IMG/VR virus record: IMGVR_UViG_3300050821_001198
Span: 32,001-96,000 of that record
Source: a virus
Direction: 5' to 3' (one strand)
DNA: 64,000 bases
In this document: one piece after another, positions 18,873-26,967 of the stretch
Numbering within the stretch: position 1 is the stretch's first letter
How the letters are laid out: each line of letters starts with the position of its first letter
Made by a program: the position numbers and the translations under genes
The notes under the pieces: generated by a model
Database searches by the model: none
What the model was told of the DNA's origin: nothing
Seen by the model: only the letters and a program-made list of their open reading frames with translations

Positions 18873-20921
18873 CTAGTACCGATTCCGACGTGTGTATCCC
18901 GGCTTTGCCCCGTAGCTCCGATTGGGAGTCGCCCTGCGGCTGCCCTTACTCTGACCTTCGCGCCCACCAGCCCGCCTGAGGATCTCATTGTGCGCCATGT
19001 TGAGGGTCATCTTCCCTAACGGGTGCCGGTCCTCTCCCAACAGCATGGGGTAGCCCCCGGCAGCCCCGGATCGGAGACCTTCGTCAAGGATGGCGCGAGT
19101 GTCATTCGCTAGCAAGTCGCCAATCAGAGACTCGGTGACCGTCATGATGCAGTCCGCGATATCCTTCGTCTGGCAGTCACCAGTAGTCTGATGCTCAACC
19201 CTCGGGATCTGTCCGGTGGCGATCTTCTGAAGGCGCTTCAACTCTAGAGCCGAATACTGAGCCTCCTTGATATCGAAGGGAGCGTGTACGAGCCCACGGT
19301 AGAGTGCTGTCTTGAAGACCTCGGCGCGATTCCAGTTGACGGACGCCGTTGCCACCTTCTCGTAAATTCGGACCTCTCCGTAGTTCGCCTTCTGACACCG
19401 CTTACGCAGTCCTCCGACGATGGCCGGTGACTGGAACTGGTCGGTCGTGATCTCCTTGGGCCGGAAGATCCCGATGTACTGCATCAATTCCTCCATGACC
19501 TCATCAGGGTCAATGACACCACCGAACTGCTCGGCGGTCCATCGCTTTACTATGTCGAAACAGACGTGTGGCACGCCAGCGTAGTAGTCTATGTGACCAA
19601 GAGCAAATCCAAAACCGGCAGTGGTGGATGACGGGTCAAGGTGGCCGACGTACTGGTACATATAGGACGACTCTCGGAAGTTGGTCTTCATTGGCGTGTA
19701 GCCGGTGACCTTGCCTTCCTCGCTCAAGACCGGCGTGCCCGCATACATAGCGTCAACCTTCTCAGGCATGAGGTAAGCGTCGATAGTCTCAGCCCATTGG
19801 CCTCGGCGCTCGACCTTGAACTTCTCGGGGTTCTCCTGTTCCTCCTGCCGTGCCTGCTCGATAAGCTCGCGATCCTTGCGAGTGTAGAAGTAGGTGCTGT
19901 CCCCCTTACGCCGCTCGGGGTCCCAATCGGGGCTCGCCTGCTGACACTGCTGCGGACCATCGTATTCGGCTTCCTCGTCCCACCAACCCTCATAGAGAGC
20001 CCAGGAAGGGATCTGGATGACAAAGATGTTGTCGTAGAGAGGTACGCCGTCATCGTCCACCGCCATACCGGCCTGGAAGCGCTCGTAGAACTTTCCGACC
20101 TTCGACGCCGGGGACGACTTGATGAACAGCATGGCCTCCTTTCCGAACTGGTCAAGAGATGGCTTCAGGGCCTCATAGCACTCACTGTCAGACTGTGCGG
20201 AGTCACCCTGCATGAAGAACGCGAACTCGTCAAAGTCGGCTACGAGTGTCGCCTGGCCACGGATGGATGCCTGGTTAGCCGGGAGGGCGTTGGCCCGGAG
20301 CATAGCCGTGTCTCGAACCACCTTGCGGCCCTGACGCTTCTCTAGATCGGCACGGCGTAGGTCAGACTGTGTGTTGACGCTGCACTCAAGCTCCTGCGTC
20401 TTCTGGATGTACTTCTGCATCGCCTTACAGGCGTTGATCGTAGACGCAAGGTCTGCGTACTGGAGCTTCTTGGCCTGATCCTGAGCCGTGGCGATGCAAG
20501 ACCAATAGATCTCCTTGGTGCCCTCTTCCGGTAGAGAGAAGTGCTTGCGGGGGTCATCGATCCGCAACACGTCGTACATCGTCTTTGCCATGGCGAGCCC
20601 GGCGAGGTGGCCCTTGGAGGCGCGGCGACCAGCAACCACCACTACCTCTCGGAAGTGACTGTTACCCTTCTCTCGAAGCCGCTTGATCCGCTCCCGGATG
20701 TCAGGCGAGATAACGATTTCGTCACCGCCTCGACCACCAGCAATCCAGTAGTCGAGAACCTTCTCTTCGTACTCGTTCAGTTCCTCTAGGAAAATCAGTT
20801 TGAGTAGGAGCCGCTGCCTCGGATACAGCGGCTTCCCACAGAACTTCTTGCTCTCCGAGAACTCAGCAATCCCGACAGGCTTTGTGTCGAAGTTGGATTG
20901 TAGCTGAGATAGGAAGTCCAC
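18873..20921 (-). CDS. terL: Terminase large subunit
   Basis: YPRQ adenine-binding motif; VVAGRRASKG (Walker A variant); DFDEFAF (Walker B); SSP coupling motif; nuclease HLDPSST..TTDQFQS..KDIAD. Confidence 0.9.
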   Translation of the reverse strand: MDFLSQLQSNFDTKPVGIAEFSESKKFCGKPLYPRQRLLLKLIFLEELNEYEEKVLDYWIAGGRGGDEIVISPDIRERIKRLREKGNSHFREVVVVAGRRASKGHLAGLAMAKTMYDVLRIDDPRKHFSLPEEGTKEIYWSCIATAQDQAKKLQYADLASTINACKAMQKYIQKTQELECSVNTQSDLRRADLEKRQGRKVVRDTAMLRANALPANQASIRGQATLVADFDEFAFFMQGDSAQSDSECYEALKPSLDQFGKEAMLFIKSSPASKVGKFYERFQAGMAVDDDGVPLYDNIFVIQIPSWALYEGWWDEEAEYDGPQQCQQASPDWDPERRKGDSTYFYTRKDRELIEQARQEEQENPEKFKVERRGQWAETIDAYLMPEKVDAMYAGTPVLSEEGKVTGYTPMKTNFRESSYMYQYVGHLDPSSTTAGFGFALGHIDYYAGVPHVCFDIVKRWTAEQFGGVIDPDEVMEELMQYIGIFRPKEITTDQFQSPAIVGGLRKRCQKANYGEVRIYEKVATASVNWNRAEVFKTALYRGLVHAPFDIKEAQYSALELKRLQKIATGQIPRVEHQTTGDCQTKDIADCIMTVTESLIGDLLANDTRAILDEGLRSGAAGGYPMLLGEDRHPLGKMTLNMAHNEILRRAGGREGQSKGSRRATPNRSYGAKPGYTRRNRY

Positions 20922-21398
20922 TTAGGACCCCTTGCGCTTCTCTCGTTCGGCCGCGTCACGCTTCTTAGCTGGCGTCGAATCGGCATGTTCCTTCTCGCCC
21001 AGGAAGAACTCACCGCGTGCATGTGCCTTCTGGACCTCCCACTGCTTGCGCTCGTGATCCATGCCGTACTCGGCTCGCTCCGTGCCGCTCATGTGACCAA
21101 CGATCTCGACCACCGGGGGCTCCCCGTTGAGCACGGGTGCCACATCGACCGTCGCCAGGATGCCGCCCTTCGCTAGCAATTCGAGAATCTCGTCACGCAT
21201 CTGCTCCAGGTTCTTGACCGTGCATGCGCGACTCGACCACTTCTGGCTCATCTTGACCATGACGTTGGCCACGAACTTGGCCTCGGTGTCCTGAAGCTCA
21301 GAAGCAAACTCCACAAGCTGTTTGCGGTTCTGAATCTTGTCGTCAGCCACCGGCATCTGATGCACGGGCGGCGGGAGGGTGAAATCTGATGCGCTCAT
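20922..21398 (-). CDS. Hypothetical protein immediately upstream of terL
   Basis: 158 aa; abuts terL start. Confidence 0.6.
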   Translation of the reverse strand: MSASDFTLPPPVHQMPVADDKIQNRKQLVEFASELQDTEAKFVANVMVKMSQKWSSRACTVKNLEQMRDEILELLAKGGILATVDVAPVLNGEPPVVEIVGHMSGTERAEYGMDHERKQWEVQKAHARGEFFLGEKEHADSTPAKKRDAAEREKRKGS

Positions 21399-21422
21399 CT
21401 TTTCCTTACTTGTCTATACAGA

Positions 21423-21451
21423 TTTACATTCGGAGGGCTCCCGTTTATAGT
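21423..21451 (+). promoter_or_regulatory. SigmaA-like promoter TTTACA-17-TATAGT, antisense to 21479-22069; -10 lies in a hairpin loop
   Basis: TTTACA 21423-28, TATAGT 21446-51. Confidence 0.55.
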
Positions 21452-21463
21452 GGGAGCCCTCCG
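21431..21463 (-). terminator. 12-bp perfect stem-loop downstream of 21479-22069
   Basis: CGGAGGGCTCCC-GTTTATAGT-GGGAGCCCTCCG; no strong U tract. Confidence 0.6.
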
Positions 21464-21478
21464 TAACGGGGGTTGCGA

Positions 21479-22069
21479 TTAGCCGCGAGGGGCTACGTCG
21501 GTCACGTTGGCCTGAGTGACATCAGTCACGCTCGTACCGACCAGAACATGATCGATGGCAAGCGTGCCGGTGAGCGCCGCAGGAGCGACCGGCGAGACTG
21601 CCGGGGTTCCTTCAACGTTCGTGATGGCACCCGTGGTCTCGTTGACCGCAATGGTGTCGATACGAGGATGCGAACTGGAGGCCGCAGCCAAGGTGGTCGA
21701 TCCACCGACAGACACCGTGGTCACGCCGGTCGAACGGGTCTTGAGGACACCGGACGAGACAGTGATCACGAGATCAGAGCCATCGGCGGTGGCGACGAGG
21801 CCGCTTGACACAACGACGGGAGCGTTCGTAGACGTGAGCGGACCCACAACTAGAAGCTGACCGATTGACGAGTGGTAGGCGACTTCCTTCCACACCGGAT
21901 CTCCACCCTCGACCTCTGCACCGAGATCGACATACGTCGGTCCGGTCTGGTCGTTCGGTGGGTATTGCGTGATGCTGCTGTAGATCTGCGCGAAGGACGC
22001 GACTAGCTGGTTGTCAATCCGGATCTTACTAGATCGGTTGAGGGCAACCACTGGTAGGTATGGGGGCAT
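21479..22069 (-). CDS. Probable virion structural protein (Thr/Val/Ala-rich, decoration-like)
   Basis: Strong AGGAG SD, downstream hairpin, PRIDTIAV motif. Confidence 0.55.
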   Translation of the reverse strand: MPPYLPVVALNRSSKIRIDNQLVASFAQIYSSITQYPPNDQTGPTYVDLGAEVEGGDPVWKEVAYHSSIGQLLVVGPLTSTNAPVVVSSGLVATADGSDLVITVSSGVLKTRSTGVTTVSVGGSTTLAAASSSHPRIDTIAVNETTGAITNVEGTPAVSPVAPAALTGTLAIDHVLVGTSVTDVTQANVTDVAPRG

Positions 22070-22121
22070 GAGTCTCCTGGATTCGTAGGGTAAGGTTCAA
22101 GCCTTATTAGAGAGTCTCGCC

Positions 22122-22150
22122 TTGAAAGTAGGGTCAATCTCCCCTATAGT
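22122..22150 (+). promoter_or_regulatory. SigmaA-like promoter TTGAAA-17-TATAGT for a leaderless gene starting at 22158
   Basis: Spacing exact; ATG 7 nt after -10; -10 in loop of ATCTCCC/GGGAGAT. Confidence 0.6.
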
Positions 22151-22157
22151 GAGGGAG

Positions 22158-22565
22158 ATGGACGAATCGCTTGGTTACTGGCTCTCTGGAATGATTGACA
22201 GTGGTGCCAACTTCATCATTCGACCAAAGGCCGGATGTCGATTCCGATTGCCCTTCCTGATTGAAGATTGGGAGTGCCTCCAGGAAGTCCAAATGCAAAC
22301 CTCGATTGGGAGTTTGTACCCACAGAAGGTTTACGGGGCTACTAGGCCACGCGGCCATTGGGAGATCCAATCGAAGCCAGACTGTGTTGCCCTGACACGG
22401 GTCCTCGACCTCTATCCGTTACGTACACGTAAACAGGATGCCTACATGGTGTGGAAACGGGCGGTGTTCTACTGGACGAGAGATGAGGACTCGGGAGAAC
22501 GGCATGAAGCCCTCTCCTACCTACGCACCCGTCTCCTAGAGGTAACGGCGGGCGATAGGAATTAG
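22158..22565 (+). CDS. Free-standing single-motif LAGLIDADG-family protein with degenerate catalytic motif
   Basis: YWLSGMIDSGANFII..IGSLY..YPLRTRKQDAYMVWKRAV. Confidence 0.7.
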   Translation: MDESLGYWLSGMIDSGANFIIRPKAGCRFRLPFLIEDWECLQEVQMQTSIGSLYPQKVYGATRPRGHWEIQSKPDCVALTRVLDLYPLRTRKQDAYMVWKRAVFYWTRDEDSGERHEALSYLRTRLLEVTAGDRN

Positions 22566-23479
22566 GTCAGGCTGAAGCTGACCCCGTCAAAGGTGATCTG
22601 GACATCCGTCTCTTCATTGGATACCTGACCATTCGTTGCAACGGCATACTGGCCAGCGTCGAGAATGACGGGGGACGCCGGACGGGCACCAACAGGGAGG
22701 GTAAACCCAACCACATCAGACGACGGTACGTTTGGACTCCCGCGAAGCCAGACACGATCCTCGATAACTCGATACGAGGCGGGATAGTAACCTACAGAAT
22801 TAGTCCAACCGTTGGCGAGCGTTACAGAAACCCAACCAGTATCCAATCCCCCTCCAACAATGAACCAGTCGGTTCCGTTAGCGTAGAGCGTGACATATGC
22901 GCCACCGGCACCCAAATCCATACTCGTGCTCAACACCCCATTACCCAAGATCACCCCGCTCGAAGCGGTGATAGCCGTGGGAGAGGTCGCGAAGTCTCCG
23001 CCGTTCCAAATGGAGATAAGCGATCCGGACGTAGGCGTCGGAAGTGTAACGGCGACACCGGCGGTTGAGACCTCGTAGAGGTTACCGTCTGCCGCAGTGA
23101 AGGCAGAAGTCTTGGTAGACACAGTGAGACGCGCAACACCGGCCGCCAACTGTTCAAGGGTAATTCCTGCGCTGTTACTGATCTGCGAGGACGTGATAGT
23201 GTTGTTCGCGATCTGCGCGGCGGTAATCGTGTTGTTCGCGATCAGGGCGGCCGTAATCGTCTCGTCCGCGATCTTGTCGCCCGTAATGGTTGCGGCGGCG
23301 ATCAGCGCGTCAGTGATCGTCTCGTTGACAATCGCCTCGGCGGCGTTTAGCTGTGTTCCCTTACCCGGAGAGTGGTCGTGACCATCCACAAGTGCGAAGT
23401 TGGTGGCTAGCTGGGTGTGGTCGAAATCGTCATCCGAACTAGTCCACGCGGTAAGGCTCATGTTTGGGGTGATGACCAT
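22562..23479 (-). CDS. Fibre-like virion protein with 10-aa (ITxxxIAxxT) repeats
   Basis: HDHSPGKG; IAAATITGDKIADETITAALIANNT repeats; C-terminal DTGWVSVTL..VWLRG..TLPVGARP fibre tip. Confidence 0.7.
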   Translation of the reverse strand: MVITPNMSLTAWTSSDDDFDHTQLATNFALVDGHDHSPGKGTQLNAAEAIVNETITDALIAAATITGDKIADETITAALIANNTITAAQIANNTITSSQISNSAGITLEQLAAGVARLTVSTKTSAFTAADGNLYEVSTAGVAVTLPTPTSGSLISIWNGGDFATSPTAITASSGVILGNGVLSTSMDLGAGGAYVTLYANGTDWFIVGGGLDTGWVSVTLANGWTNSVGYYPASYRVIEDRVWLRGSPNVPSSDVVGFTLPVGARPASPVILDAGQYAVATNGQVSNEETDVQITFDGVSFSLT

Positions 23480-23490
23480 GCGCTAATTAC

Positions 23491-23841
23491 CTATGAGTTG
23501 TCGCGAGTTTTCATGTCTTCTAGATGTCGCACAATTTCTAGAATGCTGATCTCTAGGCCCTCGATCCGCTTCAAGACCTCTTCAGAGTGGTCGGAGGACT
23601 TCCCTCCAACATAGGCTAGCGCGGGCTGCGTGATAGCGCTGTAGACCGTCAGCCAGTAGAGCAGCCAGAACCCGTGCGGGTCAGCGTGCGGGAAGAGCAA
23701 CTCGAAGATGACAATGAGTGCCGTGATCAGGAAGGTTTGCCACACTCCCCTGGGCGACATGAACCATTCACTGAAGATGACCAGCGCTCGGTTCGGAAGG
23801 TCCGTGAATAGGAAGTTCTGGATACGCCTGACAGTCTTCAC
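23491..23841 (-). CDS. Small two-TM membrane protein (DUF1003-like)
   Basis: Two hydrophobic segments; DPHGFWLL..YSAITQP. Confidence 0.6.
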   Translation of the reverse strand: MKTVRRIQNFLFTDLPNRALVIFSEWFMSPRGVWQTFLITALIVIFELLFPHADPHGFWLLYWLTVYSAITQPALAYVGGKSSDHSEEVLKRIEGLEISILEIVRHLEDMKTRDNS

Positions 23842-23863
23842 GCCCCTTATCGGGGCGGTGACC

Positions 23864-24289
23864 CTATGAACTCAGGCGAGGGCTCTTGCAGTTGTTCAGG
23901 AACTCCACCGGGAGGTTCCTAACAGTCCACGATCCATCGTTCGTACGTTCGGCGTAGATCACGTTCCGAATGTCCGACGCGAGCAAAAGCTGAGCACACG
24001 ACGCACAAGGCTTAGAGACCTGAGCAAAGTTGTCACTCCGGGTCAACGTCACTACGAGACAGTCGATATCTCTCGTGCCCCTCCAGATGTTCCAGAGCCC
24101 TTGCAGGGCATGCCGCTCGGCATGAACCGACCGTAGCTCGCCTGCAAGGTCGGAATCGTGAGAGCACCCGTTTGACAAGATGGTGTTGCCCCTAAAGAGG
24201 ACTGCGCCGACCCGGTGCCTACGGAAGACTGAACGCTGAGCCTGCTTAGTCGCACGCCGCCACATCTCTAGAGGCGCGGCCGTCTCCAA
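23864..24289 (-). CDS. Zn-dependent cytidine/dCMP deaminase-family protein (start uncertain)
   Basis: HRVGAVL; VHAE; SKPCASC. Confidence 0.8.
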   Translation of the reverse strand: METAAPLEMWRRATKQAQRSVFRRHRVGAVLFRGNTILSNGCSHDSDLAGELRSVHAERHALQGLWNIWRGTRDIDCLVVTLTRSDNFAQVSKPCASCAQLLLASDIRNVIYAERTNDGSWTVRNLPVEFLNNCKSPRLSS

Positions 24290-24314
24290 GAGACTATCAG
24301 GCGGGACGCTCCCC

Positions 24315-25013
24315 TTAGGCTCCCTTTGGGGTCTCATCGTTCTCGCACATGACCTTGTACAGATCATTTGTGGCCGTGTGGAAGACAACGACACCCTCGG
24401 GCGGGAAGAACCCCGGTGACGCCTTCGAGCCGGACGCACGAAGCATCCCTACCACCGAATTGATGCGCTCGGTGGAGAAGGTATGGATGTCGAGGACCGG
24501 GACGGTGTGCAGGTTCTCGGTGAAGAAATCGGGAGCATCCGGATTCATGACAGACGACCACTTCTTGACGTTGAAGAGCGAGAACTTCTTGACACCCTTC
24601 TCTAGTCCGTAGCCCCGCTGGATGCCGGAACCCCACCACTCGCCAAAGTGATATCCGTCGCCCAGGTCCATCGCCAGGCTCACTGCGTTGTCGAATACCC
24701 ACTGAGCGAAGTTGAAGTTGTCCTGCTCTGGAGTGATGAGACGCTTCCGACTCTGGCACCCGACCCAGACAAGCTGTCCGTCAGCCGGATTGATGACGAT
24801 GGTGCCACCCTCGTACCGAATGTGGTCGAACACGCCCTCGTGGGCCACCCGTTCCTTGATGTACTCGGGAACAAGATCGTAGCTGATTATCACCGCTGCA
24901 TTCGTGCCGTCAATCTTCTCGGTGACGACCACGTTGCGATTCAAGCGGCCAATCTTAGGCCACGCCCGAAACTCGGGCTTGATCTCAGTGGCCTCGATTG
25001 TTGCTGAAGACAT
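24315..25013 (-). CDS. RNA ligase (Rnl2-like adenylation domain)
   Basis: TEKIDGTN; QSRKR; FGEWWG; EGVV; YK. Confidence 0.85.
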   Translation of the reverse strand: MSSATIEATEIKPEFRAWPKIGRLNRNVVVTEKIDGTNAAVIISYDLVPEYIKERVAHEGVFDHIRYEGGTIVINPADGQLVWVGCQSRKRLITPEQDNFNFAQWVFDNAVSLAMDLGDGYHFGEWWGSGIQRGYGLEKGVKKFSLFNVKKWSSVMNPDAPDFFTENLHTVPVLDIHTFSTERINSVVGMLRASGSKASPGFFPPEGVVVFHTATNDLYKVMCENDETPKGA

Positions 25014-25203
25014 CTCGCTCACCTTCTGCTCGCATTTCGATCTCGTGGGCAATCGTGGAGTCGATCCTGTAGACCTGATCTCCGTCCTCGTCTCGGCCCT
25101 GGTAGGCCGGTCCTAGACACTCTCGCCAACGGGCATCCGTCGCCGCGCCAGCACGGACCCGATCTAGTCGGATCTCTCTATTCGGCTTGAGGACAAACCT
25201 CAT
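24985..25203 (-). CDS. Hypothetical protein
   Basis: 72 aa, ATGA overlap with upstream gene. Confidence 0.45.
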   Translation of the reverse strand: MRFVLKPNREIRLDRVRAGAATDARWRECLGPAYQGRDEDGDQVYRIDSTIAHEIEMRAEGERDVFSNNRGH

Positions 25204-25382
25204 GAGCTTGTCGCATTCCGGGAATCCGCCTGGATTCTCGACGTAGGCCGACGACCGTTACCGTTGGGTGACGACTTGTGCCGGTTCATCGAACCCGGCT
25301 TGTGAGTGCTGGGGTTGATCTTGCCCGCGCCAGCGATACGACGTTCTAGGCGTGCGGTCTGCCTATCAAGTGGTTTAGCCAT
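25200..25382 (-). CDS. Small basic protein, probably leaderless
   Basis: ATG 6 nt after predicted -10. Confidence 0.55.
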   Translation of the reverse strand: MAKPLDRQTARLERRIAGAGKINPSTHKPGSMNRHKSSPNGNGRRPTSRIQADSRNATSS

Positions 25383-25388
25383 AAACGG

Positions 25389-25417
25389 ACAGTAGCAAAC
25401 AACAAAGCCCCGGTCAA
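25389..25417 (-). promoter_or_regulatory. SigmaA-like promoter TTGACC-17-TACTGT
   Basis: Exact spacing; overlaps the terminator of the tRNA transcript. Confidence 0.6.
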
Positions 25418-25436
25418 GCTTCTGGCTTGCCGGGGC
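25397..25436 (-). terminator. Intrinsic terminator after tRNA-Met
   Basis: GCCCCGG-CAAGC-loop-GCTTG-A-CCGGGGC followed by TTTGTTGTTT. Confidence 0.75.
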
Positions 25437-25446
25437 GATGTTCAGG

Positions 25447-25526
25447 ATGCGGAGGTAGGAATCGAACCGTTTATGACGACCTTCTGGTTATGAGCCAGAC
25501 GAGCTACCTAGCTGCTCTACTCCACG
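25447..25526 (-). tRNA. tRNA-Met(CAT), initiator-like, with a 6-nt insertion in the T-stem
   Basis: Acceptor CGTGGAG/CTCCGCA (C1:A72 mismatch); D arm GAGC/GCTC; anticodon TCTGG-CTCATAA-CCAGA; T arm GTCATAAACGG-TTCGATT-CCTAC. Confidence 0.8.
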
Positions 25527-25533
25527 GTACTTA

Positions 25534-26946
25534 CTACAACGCTAGGGCCGCATTGTTACGTACCTGATCGAATGTCTGGTACCTGGAGAGCGATCCGTTC
25601 TCGAAGACCTGTTCGAGCAGATTGTGCCCTCCAACCTCGGCCTCCCGCACGGTTCGGACTTCCCCGTTGTTGCTATAAAGAGCCAGCCTGCCTCGCTTGC
25701 TCTTCTTGGTCGAATCCACCGGGTCCTTCCAGACATCGTGCCACTCCCCGTTTCGTCTCTGCGACGATGACTTGAAAGCGTTTCGTTGTGTGTCTCGGTC
25801 GTGCTTCTGGTGCAGCCCTCCGCCCATTCCGAGAGCAGCTATGTTCTCGGGTGCCCACCCGGCATCCACCACCGCCTGCATGATCTCGAAGACAGCCTCA
25901 GGAGTCGGGATACCGTCTCCCCAGAGAGTCCGGATCTGACTCGGGAGCAACTTGAGCCCCTTAGAGTTGTGCTGGATGTAGCCGGTCAGGTTGGCTCCCA
26001 TGCGGTTCAGGAGCGCCACCATCAGTGCGGGCGGCGTCGGATGCTGCTTGGTTGTCGAATCCGGCCGCACCACGAACGGCATGGTGCGGTTCATGATCGT
26101 CGGGAGCCATGGTCCGGTGACCTGATCCACGAAGTCGTAGATGTTGTAAGAGTCGCCCACTTCCGAGAGAATTGAGTCCGGATTGTCCTTCATGATCCTA
26201 AGGGCTTGTTCGTACTCGCCATCTCGACCCAGGGCCGTCATCGTGCTGTGCTCGGTGGCCGCCACAGAGTACGCCAGAGTGTCGAGGTTAGCGTTGTAGT
26301 AGTCCAGAGCCAACTCCATGGCGACAGGAGTATCACTGCCCGCGAAGTTGATTAGGTGACCGGCACCGCCGACTGCGGCCGATTCGTCAGAGGACGCGCC
26401 TCTGTAACCAAAGTCGTGAAGCATGTACGGGAGCCCATCCAGACCGTCTCCGTAGGTCTTCAAGAAACCTGCTAGGCCCTCCTTGATTGTCCGACTGATC
26501 GTCGCAACGTTGGACGAAGACCAGACGTGTGTCAGAAGCGACTCAAGAGCGTTGGTGAGCCAAAAGCAGTCGGGGTCCGTGTTCTCCACGGTCATCATGA
26601 CGTTGGAGATCGGCACAGGAGTCCCCTCGGGGACGGCACTGATACGTAGCGGAAGTCTGCCTCCGTGCTTGTCGATGATGTGCTGCCACCCTTCCTCATG
26701 GAAGAGGGGACGGCCAAAGTGCGCCAGCGCTAGCTTCTTGGCGTGTGCCAACTTCTCCGGTGTCACAACCTGACCCTCTAGGTATTCCTGAAGGAGATAC
26801 TGGAGTCCAAAGAAGACCGTGTATGGGTACTTGGCTCCGTCACGGCTCTCGAAGTAACTGTAGACGCCGGTCGTGTTCGTCGGGTACTGCTTCCAGTGTG
26901 TCAGCTTGTAGCTGTCAGTCTTGGTGATGATGTTCTTGGTTCTCAT
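25534..26946 (-). CDS. nadV: Nicotinamide phosphoribosyltransferase (Nampt/NadV)
   Basis: KTDSYKLTH; YSYFESR; FFGLQY; LHDFGYRG; AATEHS; VGDSY; VVRPDS; GDGI; GMGGGL; RDT..AFK; KKSKRGRL. Confidence 0.93.
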   Translation of the reverse strand: MRTKNIITKTDSYKLTHWKQYPTNTTGVYSYFESRDGAKYPYTVFFGLQYLLQEYLEGQVVTPEKLAHAKKLALAHFGRPLFHEEGWQHIIDKHGGRLPLRISAVPEGTPVPISNVMMTVENTDPDCFWLTNALESLLTHVWSSSNVATISRTIKEGLAGFLKTYGDGLDGLPYMLHDFGYRGASSDESAAVGGAGHLINFAGSDTPVAMELALDYYNANLDTLAYSVAATEHSTMTALGRDGEYEQALRIMKDNPDSILSEVGDSYNIYDFVDQVTGPWLPTIMNRTMPFVVRPDSTTKQHPTPPALMVALLNRMGANLTGYIQHNSKGLKLLPSQIRTLWGDGIPTPEAVFEIMQAVVDAGWAPENIAALGMGGGLHQKHDRDTQRNAFKSSSQRRNGEWHDVWKDPVDSTKKSKRGRLALYSNNGEVRTVREAEVGGHNLLEQVFENGSLSRYQTFDQVRNNAALAL

Positions 26947-26967
26947 GGTATCTGTAATCCTTGAGCG

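Noticed and set aside
23120-23340. 30-bp periodic DNA repeats as a non-coding array
   Set aside because: They encode 10-aa fibre repeats within a CDS
25534-26946. NARP1 (Namat) assignment
   Set aside because: No ADPR-PP synthetase (PRS-like) partner nearby; the neighbour is NMNAT-Nudix
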